Origin: Squalus acanthias
Lineage: Eukaryota
Length of the DNA: 64,000 nt
Assembly (NCBI GenBank): GCA_030390025.1
Contig: CM059432.1
Location: 142,044,001 to 142,108,000, forward strand
Direction: 5' to 3'
Both the position numbers and the translations under genes were made by a program. Position 1 is the first letter of the stretch; every line of letters starts with the position of its first letter. The notes under the pieces were generated by a model. The model was not told the DNA's origin, did no database searches, and saw only the letters and a program-made list of their open reading frames with translations. This document shows, one piece after another, positions 13,951 through 25,880 of the stretch.

Positions 13951-14169
13951 ATAACATAGCTGACAGAGAGGGCCCGTAAACCAGGAAGAGAAATACTCCT
14001 CCCTTGTCCCAGTGTTACCAGCTCAGACCACTGACGGAAAATCCCGATATGGTTCTGGCTGCATATTTATTCAATATCTGTTTTCAAGACCGGGAATGAG
14101 TTACCAAAGGCATTGGTAAAACATCAGTTGAGATTATAAAGGTGAGATTGTTGATCCAATTAAAAGAGT

Positions 14170-14980
14170 TACGTTAGTGGAGCAGAGAGATTTAGGTGTC
14201 CATGTACAGAAATCACTAAAAGCTGGTGGGCAGGTAAAAAAAAATAATCAAAAAGGCGAATGGAATATTGGCCTTTATCTCAAGGGGGCTGGAATACAAA
14301 GGGCTGGAAGTTATGTTACAGTTGTATAAAGCTCTGGTTAGACCCCCATTTAGAGTAACCGTGTTCAGTTCTGGGCACCGTACCTCAGGAAGGATATATT
14401 GGCCTTGGAGGGGGAGCAGCGCAGATTCACCTGAATGATACCGGGGCTAAAAGGGTTAAATTATGAGGACAGGTTGCATAGACTGGGCTTGTATTCCCTT
14501 GAAAATATAAGATTAAGGGGTGAACTAATTAAGATGATTAAAGGAGCTGACAGGGTAGATAGAGAGAAACTATTTCCTCTGGTGGGGGAGTCCAGAACAA
14601 GAACATAAGAACATAAGAATTAGGAGCTGGGGTAGGCCATACGGCCCTTCGCGCTGGCTCCGCCATTCAATAAGATCATGGCTAATCTTCGACAAGGAGC
14701 CATAGCCTTAAAATTAGAGCTAGGCCATTCAGGGGTGATGTCAGGAAGCACTTCTTCACACAAAGGGTAGTGGAAATCTGGAACTCTCTCCCCCAAAAAG
14801 CTGTTGAGGATGGGGGTTAATTGAAAATTTCAAAACTGAGATTTGATGGATTTTTCTTCGGTAAGGGTATTAAAGGATATGGAACCAAGGTGGGTAGGTG
14901 GAGTTAAGGTACAGATCAGCCATGATCTAACTGAATGGCAGAACAGACTCGAGGGGCTGAAGGGCCTACTCCTGTTGCTA
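14170..14980 (+). mobile_element. CR1 3' fragment with a nested antisense CR1 tail (~14601-14692)
   Basis: Decayed VQFWAPYLRKDI/FTQRVVEIWNSLP coding remnant plus CR1 3' UTR. Inner AACATAAGAACATAAG...GTAGGCCAT piece is inverted and bordered by ACAAG on both sides. Confidence 0.8.
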
Positions 14981-15511
14981 AGTTATGCATATTATGCCAA
15001 CCCGCACTAAAGGGGTGAAGTCTTCGTTGAGCCCAACAAGAGCAATGAAGCATTGAGGTTTCAGCATCCGATACTGCCGTCATTTTTTAAGGATAAGGAT
15101 AAGCAGAGGTTTCCTGAAAATCTGATTGCCGGTAATTTCAGTTAAGAGGATTTCTGCTGTCAAGGTGAATAGGGTGAATTTAGTAGGACTCCGTGCTACC
15201 TGAACAGGTGCGCTGTCTGCCATTTTCCATCCTTTGATATCAATACCCATGACTTTTCAAGGTGCCCTGTTTGTGTGTGAGGCTCCCAGTGGATCATTAC
15301 AATAACCCAGCACCTACAGGAAACACTGCGCAGGATTAAACACATTTCAGGATAAAATAAATCATCGGCCAAGACTTTTATTGCACCAATAACCAACCTT
15401 CTTGCGTAAATTTACTGTGCCCTACACCTGATCAGAAATATGAGTAATACGGGGGCCACGAGTAATCGTGCTGATACGAATAAATTTATTCTGCTCTTTG
15501 CATGACAGAGT

Positions 15512-15742
15512 TATGGGCTTCGATGGGAGAGTTAGTGTACTAGAGGGATGGGCTTCGATGGGAGAGTTAATGTACTAGAGGGATGGGCTTCGATGGGAGA
15601 GTTAGCGTACGAGAGGGATGGGCTTCGATGGGAGAGTTAGTGTACTAGAGGGATGGGCTTCGATGGGAGAGTTAGTGTACGAGAGGGATGGGCTTCGATG
15701 GGAGAGTTAGTGTACTAGAGGGATGGGCTTCGATGGGAGAGT
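15512..15742. repeat. 35-bp minisatellite, left arm (GATGGGCTTCGATGGGAGAGTTAGTGTACTAGAGG)
   Basis: About 6.5 near-identical copies; GGATGGGCTT at 15581, 15651 and 15721 (two units per 70 bp). Confidence 0.95.
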
Positions 15743-16109
15743 ATGAGGGAAAAATTTGGTATCGACCATTTTGGGGCGCTAACATTGTCTGGGCGCTAAT
15801 TAGCACTGGCGAACGCGAAATTGAGTTTTAGCGCCCCAAGAGGGAAGTGGAGCGCTAAATCAAGCGCAACACCCTTCTCTTAGGGTGCTAACGTTGCAGA
15901 GCGGGGCGCTACCTTCAGAGCGCGAAGCAACTTCCGGCGCTGTCAATTAGAGAGTCCTCAGACAGACTGGCGCCTTCCCGTTCTTAAAGGGGAGGTTCAA
16001 TCATGCTGCACAGCCTCACTCTGATCATTGCTGCTTGTGAACTGGGCCTGCAAGAAGCAGCAAGCCTTCATTCAAGCAGCTGATCGCTGATCAGAGGCCC
16101 AGAGAGAGA

Positions 16110-17898
16110 GAGCTCGCCGGTTCAGCGACCAAGCCTTGGAGGCTTTGGTCGCGGCCGTGGAACGCCGACGGCCAGTGCTCTTCCCAGACACTGGCAGGAG
16201 GCCATTGCCACAGGCCTTTAGGAGGATGTGGAGGGAGGTTGCCCAGCACGTGTCGGCCAGAAGTGTGGTCCCCAGAACTCCCACCCAGTGCCGGAAGAAA
16301 TTCAACGACCTCACTCGGGTGGTCAAGGTGAGTAGATGCTTCAAAAACCCGCTACATGCCACCATCTCCACCTCACTCTGTGCGCACACTGTATAAACCG
16401 CCACATCCCCAACACTCACCCACCAACTATGCCCACCTACTAAAAGTGACATGCACATCTCACGCCTTACATACATTAACAGTCATTCAACTATGGTAGG
16501 CACATATGCCAAACACATAGCTGCACATACTTTTCTTTTTCTTGCAGACCAAGCTTGCTCACAACAGGAGGGAGCAGGTATGAACGGGAGGAGGTGAGGC
16601 GGACCTGCACCCCCTTACAGACCTGGAGGAGCAAGTGGGCCGCATCATTGCCACCCAGGCCGTGGGCACTGTGGCCGTCGGAGACGTCGACCCCCTTGGG
16701 GACAACAACGGTATGTTCATCACCTCTCCCTCTTCTCTCATACCACTTCCCCCTCACACCACAAGCCTTTCCTACTTTCCATCGAAGTATACTGACTCCA
16801 TTCCTTGCTCCCTTCCTGCCCCCCTCCCCTGACCTTAACCCCACTCTTGTGCCTTTATACTTTCAGATAATCAACCATCAGCTGACCAGCCTGTCCCTCA
16901 GCCTCCCAGTGGCAGTGACACGGGAGAGGAGGAGGAAGAACAAGCCAGAGTCTCACTGCCTGTGTCTCCCGAAGGCGCTAGGTCTGATAATGGGGTGACG
17001 CGGTCACTAGAGGGGAGCCTAGTACATGGCTCTGATGTGGGTGAAGCCACAGGACCCAGCAGGCTGCAGCAACGCCACGGGGAAAGGGAAGCTCAGGGGC
17101 CATCTCCCCGGAGGGTGAGTGCGCACACGAGTTCTGCTGCACAGGAATCAGATGAGGACCTCGATGTGGAGGCGATGACCACACAGACAATGAGCATGCA
17201 CACTGAGCTCATGGGTACAATGGCAAGGGTGCCCAAGAGCATGGATACATTGGCTAGGAACTTGGAGGAGTCCACCTCCAGCATTGCTCTCATCTCTGCA
17301 CAAACCATTGAGCCCATCCTTGGCAGTTTGCAAAGGATGGTCGACTCGCAGAGACACCATGGGGACCCGGACCTCATGCCGCCCGTCATGGGTGAGGTGG
17401 CAGCAGCTATTGCAGCACAGGCCGAAGCAATGCAATGGCTTAGTGCTGTAATAGAGTCAGTGGTTGGGTCACCCACAGTCCACCAGGGATCTCACGGTGC
17501 CGCAGCAGGCCAGCAATCTGTGCTCGAGCAGATTGCTCCAGATGCTGAGGTTCTGCCCCGGGGGAGTGGCAGTGTGTCGGTCGAGCAGGAAGGTGCTGTC
17601 CTCTCTCAGGATGACAACATTCCTGCTCCCAGCACTGCCACTCCACCATTGCACTTGTCGCAGCCTGTAACCAAGCCATCCCAGACTGCATGCTGAGGTG
17701 GTGCAGTCTGCAGCCGGACCTTCCAGGCCCAGAGCTGGTCGAGGGTATCCTCCAATGCCATCTGCAGTCTCTGGCTCCCAGACTCAGCAGCCTTCCACCA
17801 GCTTTGCTGCAGCCACTGGGGCCACATTATGGAGGAACAGTAGGGTTGGGAGGGGGGAATTCCAAAGGGGAGGGAAATCATTGAAGAAGAGGGAGTAA
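16110..17898 (+). pseudogene. Harbinger Myb/SANT-like DNA-binding protein gene, 3 exons (~16110-16327, 16548-16710, 16867-~17898), inactivated
   Basis: RFSDQALEALV...LFP...WREVA...RTPTQCRKKFNDL trihelix motif. In-phase GT-AG introns. Exon 2 reads KLAHNRREQV*TGGG with TGA at 16581-16583. Exon 3 is in frame with ORF 16962-17696, then a probable frameshift. Start codon not evident. Confidence 0.85.
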
Positions 17899-18123
17899 AG
17901 AATACTTTAGTAGCAAATGGGGATAGTGTGTGTTAATAAATTGATGTGTTTGTAAATATATTGTTGTGTTTCTTTATGAATAGTTGTGTTTCATAAGAGA
18001 GCGTTGTGTTTGATATTAAATTGTTAATTTGACATTGCACATTTGACCTTTGCCCGGTGATAAGGGCTGCGAGCTGGATGTAATGATGTGGTTGCGCTGC
18101 GCAAATGCCATGTGATATATCAT

Positions 18124-19217
18124 TTATTGGAAGCGCTGTCTAATGAGGCGCTCACGCACGGCCCTTGCAGAAGCAAGATTGAGTGGCTCCCTCCTCCATT
18201 GCTGCTCCTCCTCCTCTGCCTCGTCCTCCTCCTCCTCCTGAGGTGGACCTGCAATCCCTGGTGGTAATGACTGGGCCCTCAGAATGACCAGGTTGTGCAG
18301 CATGCAGCACACGATGAAAAGGGAGACTCGATCAGGTGAGTACTGCAGGGCTCCTCCAGAGCGGTCAAGGCAGCGGAACCGTTGCTTTAACACCCCGATA
18401 ATCTGTTCGATCGGGTCCCTGGTGGTACTATGGCCGTCATTCTATGTGTGCTGAGCAGGAGTGTTGGGGTTGCGGAGGGGTGTCATCAGCCAGGTGGCGA
18501 GTGGATAACCCTTGTCTCCAAGCAGCCAGCCGCGAGCTTCATGTGGTGGGTGGAACAGTGCTGGGACACCGGTCTGTCGCAGGATGAATGCATCGTGGCT
18601 ACTGCCAGGATAGCGGGCATTGACGGCGAGGATGCGCTGTCTGTGGTCGCACACCAACTGCATGTTCAGAGAGTGGAAGCCTTTGCCGTTGCGGAACACC
18701 TCTGCATTGTGATGAGGTGCCCGCAATGCCACGTGGGTGCAGTCAAGCCCGCTATCCTTGCAAAGCCACATGAGCGTTCATCCTGTTTCTCTCTGTTTCA
18801 TGGGGAATGAGATGTACTCCCTTCTCCTTCTGTAGAGAGCGTCTGTTACCTCCCGGATGCAGCAATGGATGACGAACTGCGAAATGTTTGCAATATCCCC
18901 TGTTGAAGCCTGGAAGGAGCCGCTGGCGTAGAAATTGAGAGCGATTGTGACCTTAACTGCCACTGAGAGAGATGTCCTGAGCTGAGGCTGGAGGTCTGGC
19001 TGCAGGAGGTGGCACTGCTCCTCTGAGAGATGAATGTAGGAGAAGTGCTCCCAGAATACCCTTGGAAGACAAGGTCTCCTGTCGAGAGCCCTGTTGGCCC
19101 CCTCCTTCCTCTGGCTACATTTTGCAATCTTCCTCTCTGCCTCCAACGGTGACGCTGGAGGACGAGGTCCAGTGCCAGTACAGCCCCCATTAAATTATGG
19201 AAATGTTGCACTATCAA
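18124..19217 (-). pseudogene. Harbinger DDE transposase (HARBI1-like), disrupted
   Basis: [53 protein letters not shown] and LKQRFRCLDRSGGALQYSP...CCMLHN motifs, spread over broken frames. Confidence 0.93.
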
Positions 19218-19662
19218 ATGTAACCCAAATGAAAGTGATAAATTTTTCTCAGCCAGAATACTCCTTCAAGTTGAAAACAGTCAAATGGGTCAAAACGCCT
19301 GTCTGCTTGTGTCAAACTGACAAGGCAGCATTGTTTGCCTACAATTAAAAACCTGGAAGTTGATCCCTTTATATAGCGCTCCTCCAGCACTCATCCGACT
19401 GCAAACCGCCTCCTCTACCTGTCGTTGCTAACGGCAGACGCTCAGGCAGGGGGCGAGAGTGAATTTCTGAGACGGGGCGCTGCGCACCCGGATAACGTCA
19501 TGATCTCCAGGTGTAGGAGATTGTGGCGCTAGTGTTTACCGCCGCTGCAAACCACCAGCTCAATCTCGCGGGTGTCAGTACTTGCGCCGTGCCTGCTTGC
19601 AAAGCCGGTAGCGCCCCGTTGGCGCTAATGGGAGGTGCAAAGGCACCCAATTTCTCCCCCAA

Positions 19663-20335
19663 GTGTACTAGAGGGATGGGCTTTGATGGAGAGTTACTGT
19701 ACTAGAGGAATGGGCATCGATGGGAGAGTTAGTGTACTAGAGGGATGGGCTTCAATGAGAGAGTTAGGGTACTAGAGGGATGGGCTTCAATGAGAGAGTT
19801 AGTGTACTAGAGGGATGGGCTTTGATGGAGAGTTACTGTACTAGAGGGATGGGCTTCAATGAGAGAGTTAGGGTACTATAGGGATGGGGTTCGATGGGCG
19901 AGTTAGGGTACTATAGGGATGGGCTTTGATGGGGGAGTTAGTGTACTAGAGGGATGGGCTTCAATGAGAGAGTTAGGGTACTAGAGGGATGGGCTTCAAT
20001 GAGAGAGTTAGGGTACCAGAGGGATGGGCTTCAATTAGAGAGTTAGGGTACTAGAGGGATGGGGTTTGATGGGTGAGTTAGTGTACTAGAGGGATGGGCT
20101 TCAATGAGAGAGTTAGGGTACTAGAGGGATGGGCTTCAATGAGAGAGTTAGTGTACTAGAGGGATGGGCTTCAATGAGAGAGTTAGGGTACTAGAGGGAT
20201 GGGCTTCAATGAGAGAGGTAGGGTACTAGAGGGATGGGGTTCGATGGGCGAGTTGGTGTGCTATAGGGAAGGGGTTTGATGGGCGAGTTAGGGTACTAGA
20301 GGGATGGGCTTCGATAGGAGAGTTAGAGTACTGGA
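19663..20335. repeat. 35-bp minisatellite, right arm
   Basis: About 19 copies with variants (CAATGAGAGAG, GGGTACT); resumes in phase after the Harbinger. Confidence 0.95.
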
Positions 20336-20488
20336 GTTCCAGTCACCAAAGATGATCAAGGGTTAAAGTCCTGAGACAGGACCCAAAATTCGAGCATGTT
20401 AAATGAGCAGGTAGCCTTTTCTTGCTATTATATTCAATTCCACATTCATACCTTCACTTATGTTTCTTTTCCTTTCCTATTTGTGAAG

Positions 20489-20550
20489 GTGACTGCAAGA
20501 TAACTGCTTTCAAGACATCAGCCAGAGGGAGTGTAACCACTGGGCTTTAG
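20489..20550 (+). other. Candidate non-coding exon of the mir-138-1 host transcript
   Basis: Polypyrimidine tract plus AG at 20487-20488; donor AG|GTAAGG at 20551. Stop codons in all three frames. Prediction only. Confidence 0.45.
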
Positions 20551-20554
20551 GTAA

Positions 20555-20629
20555 GGTGCTGCAGCTGGTGTTGTGAATCAGGCCGTTACCACTAAGCAAC
20601 CGGCTACTTCACAACACCAGGGTTGCACC
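20555..20629 (+). ncRNA. MIR138-1: microRNA precursor mir-138-1 (5p 20563-20585; 3p ~20603-20624)
   Basis: Matches the recalled vertebrate miR-138-5p AGCTGGTGTTGTGAATCAGGCCG. The 3' arm GCTACTTCACAACACCAGGG is the 138-1-type star. Stem closed by GGTGC/GCACC, CNNC motif (CAAC 20640-20643). Lies upstream of TOPAZ1, as recalled for human. Confidence 0.97.
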
Positions 20630-21250
20630 AAACTACTGGCAACATCTGGCTTGGAGCAAGATCTATTTACATCAATTCACCTGGAAGCAAGTAAGCATAT
20701 TCACAGTTGTCGTTCTTCATTAACTGTAGCTCAACTAAATTAGTTTCTACTTTTAAATCTGGCCTTTCTTGGCTCCCAGCTTCTTAAAATGTATTTCCCC
20801 AGTGATTGGAGTAATATGGAATTATTAGAGTGAGTTTAAGAATTCAACTTTTAAAGTCATGACCTTGAAAATATCTTGAAATTTAAGGACATTCACTTCC
20901 ACCGATATGATCTCACTAGTTTTTCCCATTAGGCAGGCACATGTGTAAAAGCTTGTGGGAACCAATTAATCATTTTAAAGATTCTAATAAATTTCTGTTA
21001 AAATAAAAATAACCCTCGCAGGTACGTTGGTGGGTTGTAATTCAATCCCAGTGGAGTACACGGAAGTAGGCTCTACCTCATGACGCCAGGATTGCACTGG
21101 TGACTTCTGTCTTTAAAAAAAATGTATTTGACGAAGATAAAAAAACAACAGATCTGGGCAACGCATTGTAAGAGCAGACACACTAGATAGAATAGTCATA
21201 TATATATATATATATACATACAGTAACTGGAGTAGTTGTAGGGGTAATAG

Positions 21251-21699
21251 GTGTCAGCTATGGCTCAGTGATATCACGCTCCGCGGGTTCAAGTCCCACT
21301 CCAGAGACTTGAGCACAAAATCCAGGCTGACACTCCCAGTGCAGTGCTGAGGGAGTGCTGCACTGTCGAAGGTGCCGTCTTTCGCATGAGACGTTAAACC
21401 GTCTGCCCTCTCAGGTGGACGTAATAGATCCCACGGCCACTATTTTAAAGAAGAGCAGGGGAGTTCTCCCCGGTGTCCTGGGGCCAATATTTATCCCTCA
21501 ATCAACATCACTAAAAACAGATTATCTGGTCATTATCACATTGCTGTTTGTGGGAGCTTGCTGTGCACAAATGGCTGCCGCGTTTCCTACAATGCAACAG
21601 TGACTCCACTTCAAAAAGTACTTCATTGGCTGTAACGTGCTTTGGGAAGTCCTGAGGGTTGTGAAAGGTGCTATATAAATGCAAGTTCTTTCTTTCTTT
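21251..21699 (+). mobile_element. SacSINE1-like tRNA-derived Deu-domain SINE
   Basis: A box TGGCTCAGTG, B box GGTTCAAGTCC, Deu core GAGGGAGTGCTGCACTGTC...GGTGCCGTCTTTC, L2-type tail ending (TTCT)n. Confidence 0.88.
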
Positions 21700-22162
21700 A
21701 ACAAGAGCGAGATCAGTCTCGAGTGCTAAGACAAGCAGGAAGATGCAAGAAAGGAATTCTAATAAGCAGGAATGGTACCAGTTAGTCTGGGTGCAGAAGG
21801 TGAGTGTAAGGAATGAACAACTATCTCTGTAACAAATATCGAAGAGGTAAGTGAAGGCCAAGCCAGACACCTGTGGTCACTCATACAGAGAGAGTGCCAA
21901 TCTCATGGACACTGAACGTAATGGGTTATATCAATGTTTTGATCAATAAAGAGTATTAATCAGACATCTCTCAGTATTTCCTGGTCCTTAAACTTGTATT
22001 AAGGAAATTGATAAATGACTATCCTATGAACCCAACACGCATTTGCATTACTTCATTTTTAAGTAAAGTACAGTGTTACCTTTTCTATGTTTTTCCTCGA
22101 GAAATTTGTCTCAGATTCAGCATTTCCACTCACTCCTGGAAAGAAAGAATAAACTTGCACAT

Positions 22163-22937
22163 GAGGGAAAATTTTTCTAGCGACTATTTAGGGTCGCTAA
22201 CATCGCCTGGGCGCTAAATTTAGCGCCCGGCGAAAAATAGCGCCGGCGATCGGTAAATTCAGTTTTAACACCCCATGAGGGAGGTGGAGCGCTAATCCAA
22301 GCGCTCCACTTCCTTCTTCGAGCGCTAACCCTGAATATCGGGGCGGTGCGTTCTGCAGCGCGACGCACTGGGCCACTTAACGCTGCCACATGGAAGGGCT
22401 CTTCCCCCTCATTAAAGGGGAGGGCCCAAGCCCACAACTCTGCGGGGCCCTACCTGGACCACCGGGGAGCGGGGTACCGTGTCAGCAGCCCGGCACACAA
22501 GAGGAGTGCCGGGCTGCCAGATCGCGGCACGGACCCCGCGTTCAAAGAGGCAACGGGCCGCGACAAGTAAGTCGGACGATTTTTTTTCCCCGCCCGCCAC
22601 CTCCCCTTTAGTTAGCGCCCCGCGAGCCTCCTGCTGCTCCATCCGCCCCCCCCCCCGCCCGCCCCGCTGAATCAGTCGCCGTCATCGCCTGCCGCAGATT
22701 CAGGGGGCGCCGGCCAATTTTGCAAGCGGGGCGAAAACGGGGCACTGCGCACGATGATGACGTTGTCATCGCCTGCGCATCGGAGCGTTACCGGTTACCG
22801 GCACCGCTAAACTCCCGCCGAATTTAGCGGGAGTCGTTAGCGGTGCCGCACTCGGGTGAAAAGTCGTTTGCGCCCCGACAGCGCCCCCCCCTCTGGGGGC
22901 ACCAACGAGAGGCGCAAATGCACCAAATTTCTAACCC
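22163..22937. mobile_element. Harbinger non-autonomous deletion derivative
   Basis: Left ~150 bp align by eye to 15745-15895 (GAGGGAAAATTT...GGGCGCTAA...GTGGAGCGCTAA). Right end CCAAATTTCTAACCC. No clean TSD. Confidence 0.8.
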
Positions 22938-22959
22938 AAGGTGACTTATCACATCCACG

Positions 22960-23248
22960 ATGGGTTGCCAACCCTCCAGTTTGACCTGGAGTCTCCAGGA
23001 ATTGAAGATTAATCTCCAGGACATTGCTGTCAGCAACCCGAGAGAATGCTGTTTGACTGAGAGTCAAGAATCATCCAATCGGATAACAAAGAGTCTGTTC
23101 GTTTTCCAATTGGCCGTGGGAAGGTATGGCACTGTAAGGATAGACGGCTCGGACAAACGATGGCGGGAGTGTGGGGGCAGGGCAGTTGGAGGCGGGGATC
23201 ATGTGACGAAACCTCCATGAATATGTCCAACCAGAGTTGGCAACCCTA
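22960..23248. mobile_element. hAT-like MITE
   Basis: TIRs GGGTTGCCAAC / GTTGGCAACCC. Possible degenerate 8-bp TSD CATCCACG/CGCCCACA. A partial copy of the same right end sits at ~11035-11183. Confidence 0.6.
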
Positions 23249-23689
23249 CGCCCACAAGACATACTGAAGCGCTTTACAACAATTGGATTACTTTTGAAGT
23301 GTAATCACTTCTTATGTAGGATGGAGAGCCGTGTCTCTCTATGGCCCAGAGTGCGCCGTCACCTGCTTAATATTGAAGTAATTTCTGGTCCACAGATCGA
23401 ACAGAAAACCTTGTTACTGTATTTTGGCCAATGGCTATATCACATGCTCTCGCATGGTGCCTCAAACAGTGGTAGACTGAACAACACTCGACTGTGACTT
23501 TGGCCATGGTCTGCCAAACAGGACAATTAATCATTAAACGTATCAGTGACCAGAAGCAATGATACAACTACTGTAGATGTACAGTAGTTACAACCTTCAC
23601 CATCTCTCCTTGCAACATAGAAAATAACACAGTTGTATCAGCTAGGCTAAACTGCAATGCAAGTTTTGGCCCACACCCTCCCTTCACAT

Positions 23690-25008
23690 CCCCCACTCCT
23701 TCCCTCCATAACACTTCCACTCTGCACATCCCTCTCTCTCCATAATCCCCCCACTCTCTCTCCATATCTCTCACTCTTTCTCCCTCCCATCTCCCCATCG
23801 CTCTCCGTATCTCTTTCTCGCTCCATATCCCACTCTCTCTCTCCATATCTCTCTCTCCATATTCCTCGTTCTCTCTCCATGTCCCCCTCTCGTTACAACA
23901 GTGACTCCACTTCAAAAGTACTTAATTGGCTGTAAAGCGCTTTGAGACGTCCGGTGGTCGTGAAAGGCACTATATAAATGCAAGTCTTTCTTTCTTTCTC
24001 TCTCCATATCTCTCTCCATATCCCCCTCTCTCTCTCCATATCTTTCTCTCTCCCCCTCTCTCCATATCCCCCTCTCTCTCTCTCTATATATATATATCTG
24101 TCTCCATATCTGTCTTTCCATATCCCCCTCTCCTTTGCAGAATTGTACAATCCTCCCAATCTTCAGGCTTACTCCTCTTTTTGGCAATATTATAAGCCTC
24201 TTCCTTTGATCTAATACTCTCTTTAACTTCTCTTGTTAGCCACGGTTGGACCACTTTTCCTGTGGGTTTTTTGTGCCTTAAAGGAATGTATATTTGCTGC
24301 AAATTATGTATTAATTCTTTAAATGCTAGCCATTGCTGGTCTACCGTGATACCTTTCCCAATCTACCTTAGCCAACTCACCCCAAATACCTACGTAGTTA
24401 GCTTTGTTTAGATTTAAGACCCTAGTTTCGGATTTAACTAAATCACTTTCAAACTCAAAGTAAAATTCTATCATATTATGGTCACTCTTCCCTGAAGGCC
24501 CCTTTGCTACAAGGTTATTAATTAACCCTTTCTCATTGCCCTCTCTCTCTACATATTCTGCTCTCTATCTCCATTTCCCCTCTCTCTCTGCATATCCCTC
24601 TCTCCAAATCCCTCTCTCCATATCCCTCCCTCTCTCAACATATCCACCTCTCTCGCCATATCCCTCTCTCTCTCCATATCCAACCCTATCTCTCCATGTC
24701 CCCTCTCTCTCCATATCCATATTTCCATCTCTCTCTCCATATCGCCCTCCCTCTTTTCATATCCCCCTTTCTCGCCATACCCCTCACTCTCCATATTTCT
24801 CTCCATATCCCTCATTCTCTCCATACTCACTCTCTCCATATCCCTCGCTCTCCCCGCATACCCTCTCTCTCTCCATATCCCTTTCACTCCATATTCCCAT
24901 CTCACCCCTCTCTCTCCATATCCCTCTCTCTCCATATCCCTCTATATATATCTCTCTCTATATAGATATATATATATATCTTTCTATATATATATCTCTC
25001 TCTCTCTA
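23690..25008. repeat. (CT)-rich low-complexity array (CTCCATATCCCTCTCT-like) with an embedded SINE tail (~23891-24000) and an antisense CR1 fragment (~24130-24535)
   Basis: Seen directly. The CR1 piece translates as QPWLTREVKESIRSKE on the minus strand. Confidence 0.85.
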
Positions 25009-25208
25009 NNNNNNNNNNNNNNNNNNNNNNNNNNNNNNNNNNNNNNNNNNNNNNNNNNNNNNNNNNNNNNNNNNNNNNNNNNNNNNNNNNNNNNNNNNNN
25101 NNNNNNNNNNNNNNNNNNNNNNNNNNNNNNNNNNNNNNNNNNNNNNNNNNNNNNNNNNNNNNNNNNNNNNNNNNNNNNNNNNNNNNNNNNNNNNNNNNNN
25201 NNNNNNNN
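25009..25208. other. Assembly gap (200 N)
   Basis: Run of exactly 200 N. Confidence 0.99.
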
Positions 25209-25459
25209 CCTCTCAAGGAAGCCTTCGTCCTCCCTCCAGCCCCGATCTCCCCTCAGCCCTCCCCCCCCCCCCCCCCCGCCAGCCAGGCTGTCCATTTGTC
25301 CGGCTGCTGGGCGGGCAGCAGACTTACAAGATGCAAGTGAAGCCTTGCCGTCAAGATCAGCAGGGCCTCCGCGTCCCTGGCCTTGCCCGGTTCTGAGGCA
25401 TTTTTCGGCCTCACCTGCACCCTCCCTGTAAATGTCGGGCTGTAAAGTTAAGGGTGAAA

Positions 25460-25880
25460 ATAAGAACATAAGAAATAAGAGCAGGAGTAGGCCATACGGC
25501 CCCTCGAGCCTGCTCCGCCATTCAATAAGATCATGGCTGATCATCGACCTCAACTCCACTTTCCCGCCCGATCTCCATATCCCTTGATTCCCCTAGAGTC
25601 CAAAAATCTATCGATCTCAGCCTTGAATATACTCAAAGACTCAGCATTCACAGCCCTCTGGGGTAGAGAATTCCAAAGATTCACAGTCCTCTGAGTGAAG
25701 AAATTCCTCCTCATCTCAGTCTTAAATGGCCTACCCCTTATCCTGAGACTATGCCCCCTGGTTGTAGACACGCCAGCCAGGGGAAACAACCTTCAGCATC
25801 TACCCTGTCAATCCCCTTCAGAATCTTGTATGTTTCAATGAGATCACCTCTCATTCTTCTAAACTCCAGAGAGTATCGAC
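25460..25880 (-). mobile_element. CR1 3' end
   Basis: ORF 25550-25789 (RGHSLRIRGRPFKTEMRRNFFTQR) plus CR1 3' UTR and TTCTTATG tail. Confidence 0.9.

Larger units (their letters stand above)
15745..19660. mobile_element. Full-length but decayed PIF/Harbinger DNA transposon (Myb/SANT gene plus convergent transposase)
   Basis: Imperfect TIRs GAGGGAAAAATTTGGT / ACCCAATTTCTCCCCC. Two convergent genes, the typical Harbinger layout. Interrupts one unit of the 35-bp minisatellite. Confidence 0.93.

Noticed and set aside
16110..19217. Domesticated HARBI1/NAIF1/MSANTD host genes
   Set aside because: Both genes have stops or frameshifts and lie between TIRs, so this is a decayed transposon copy.
15512..20335. 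35-bp repeats as a CRISPR array with an adjacent nuclease
   Set aside because: Units are contiguous with no unique spacers, the enclosed genes are Harbinger genes, and the context is eukaryotic.
21251..21310. tRNA genes at SINE heads (also 30951, ~39240, 47968, ~58080)
   Set aside because: A/B boxes run directly into SINE or LINE bodies; no complete cloverleaf seen.
24536..25559. Long Pro/Ser-rich or Glu/Arg-rich ORFs
   Set aside because: Low-complexity repeat and read-through of the N gap.
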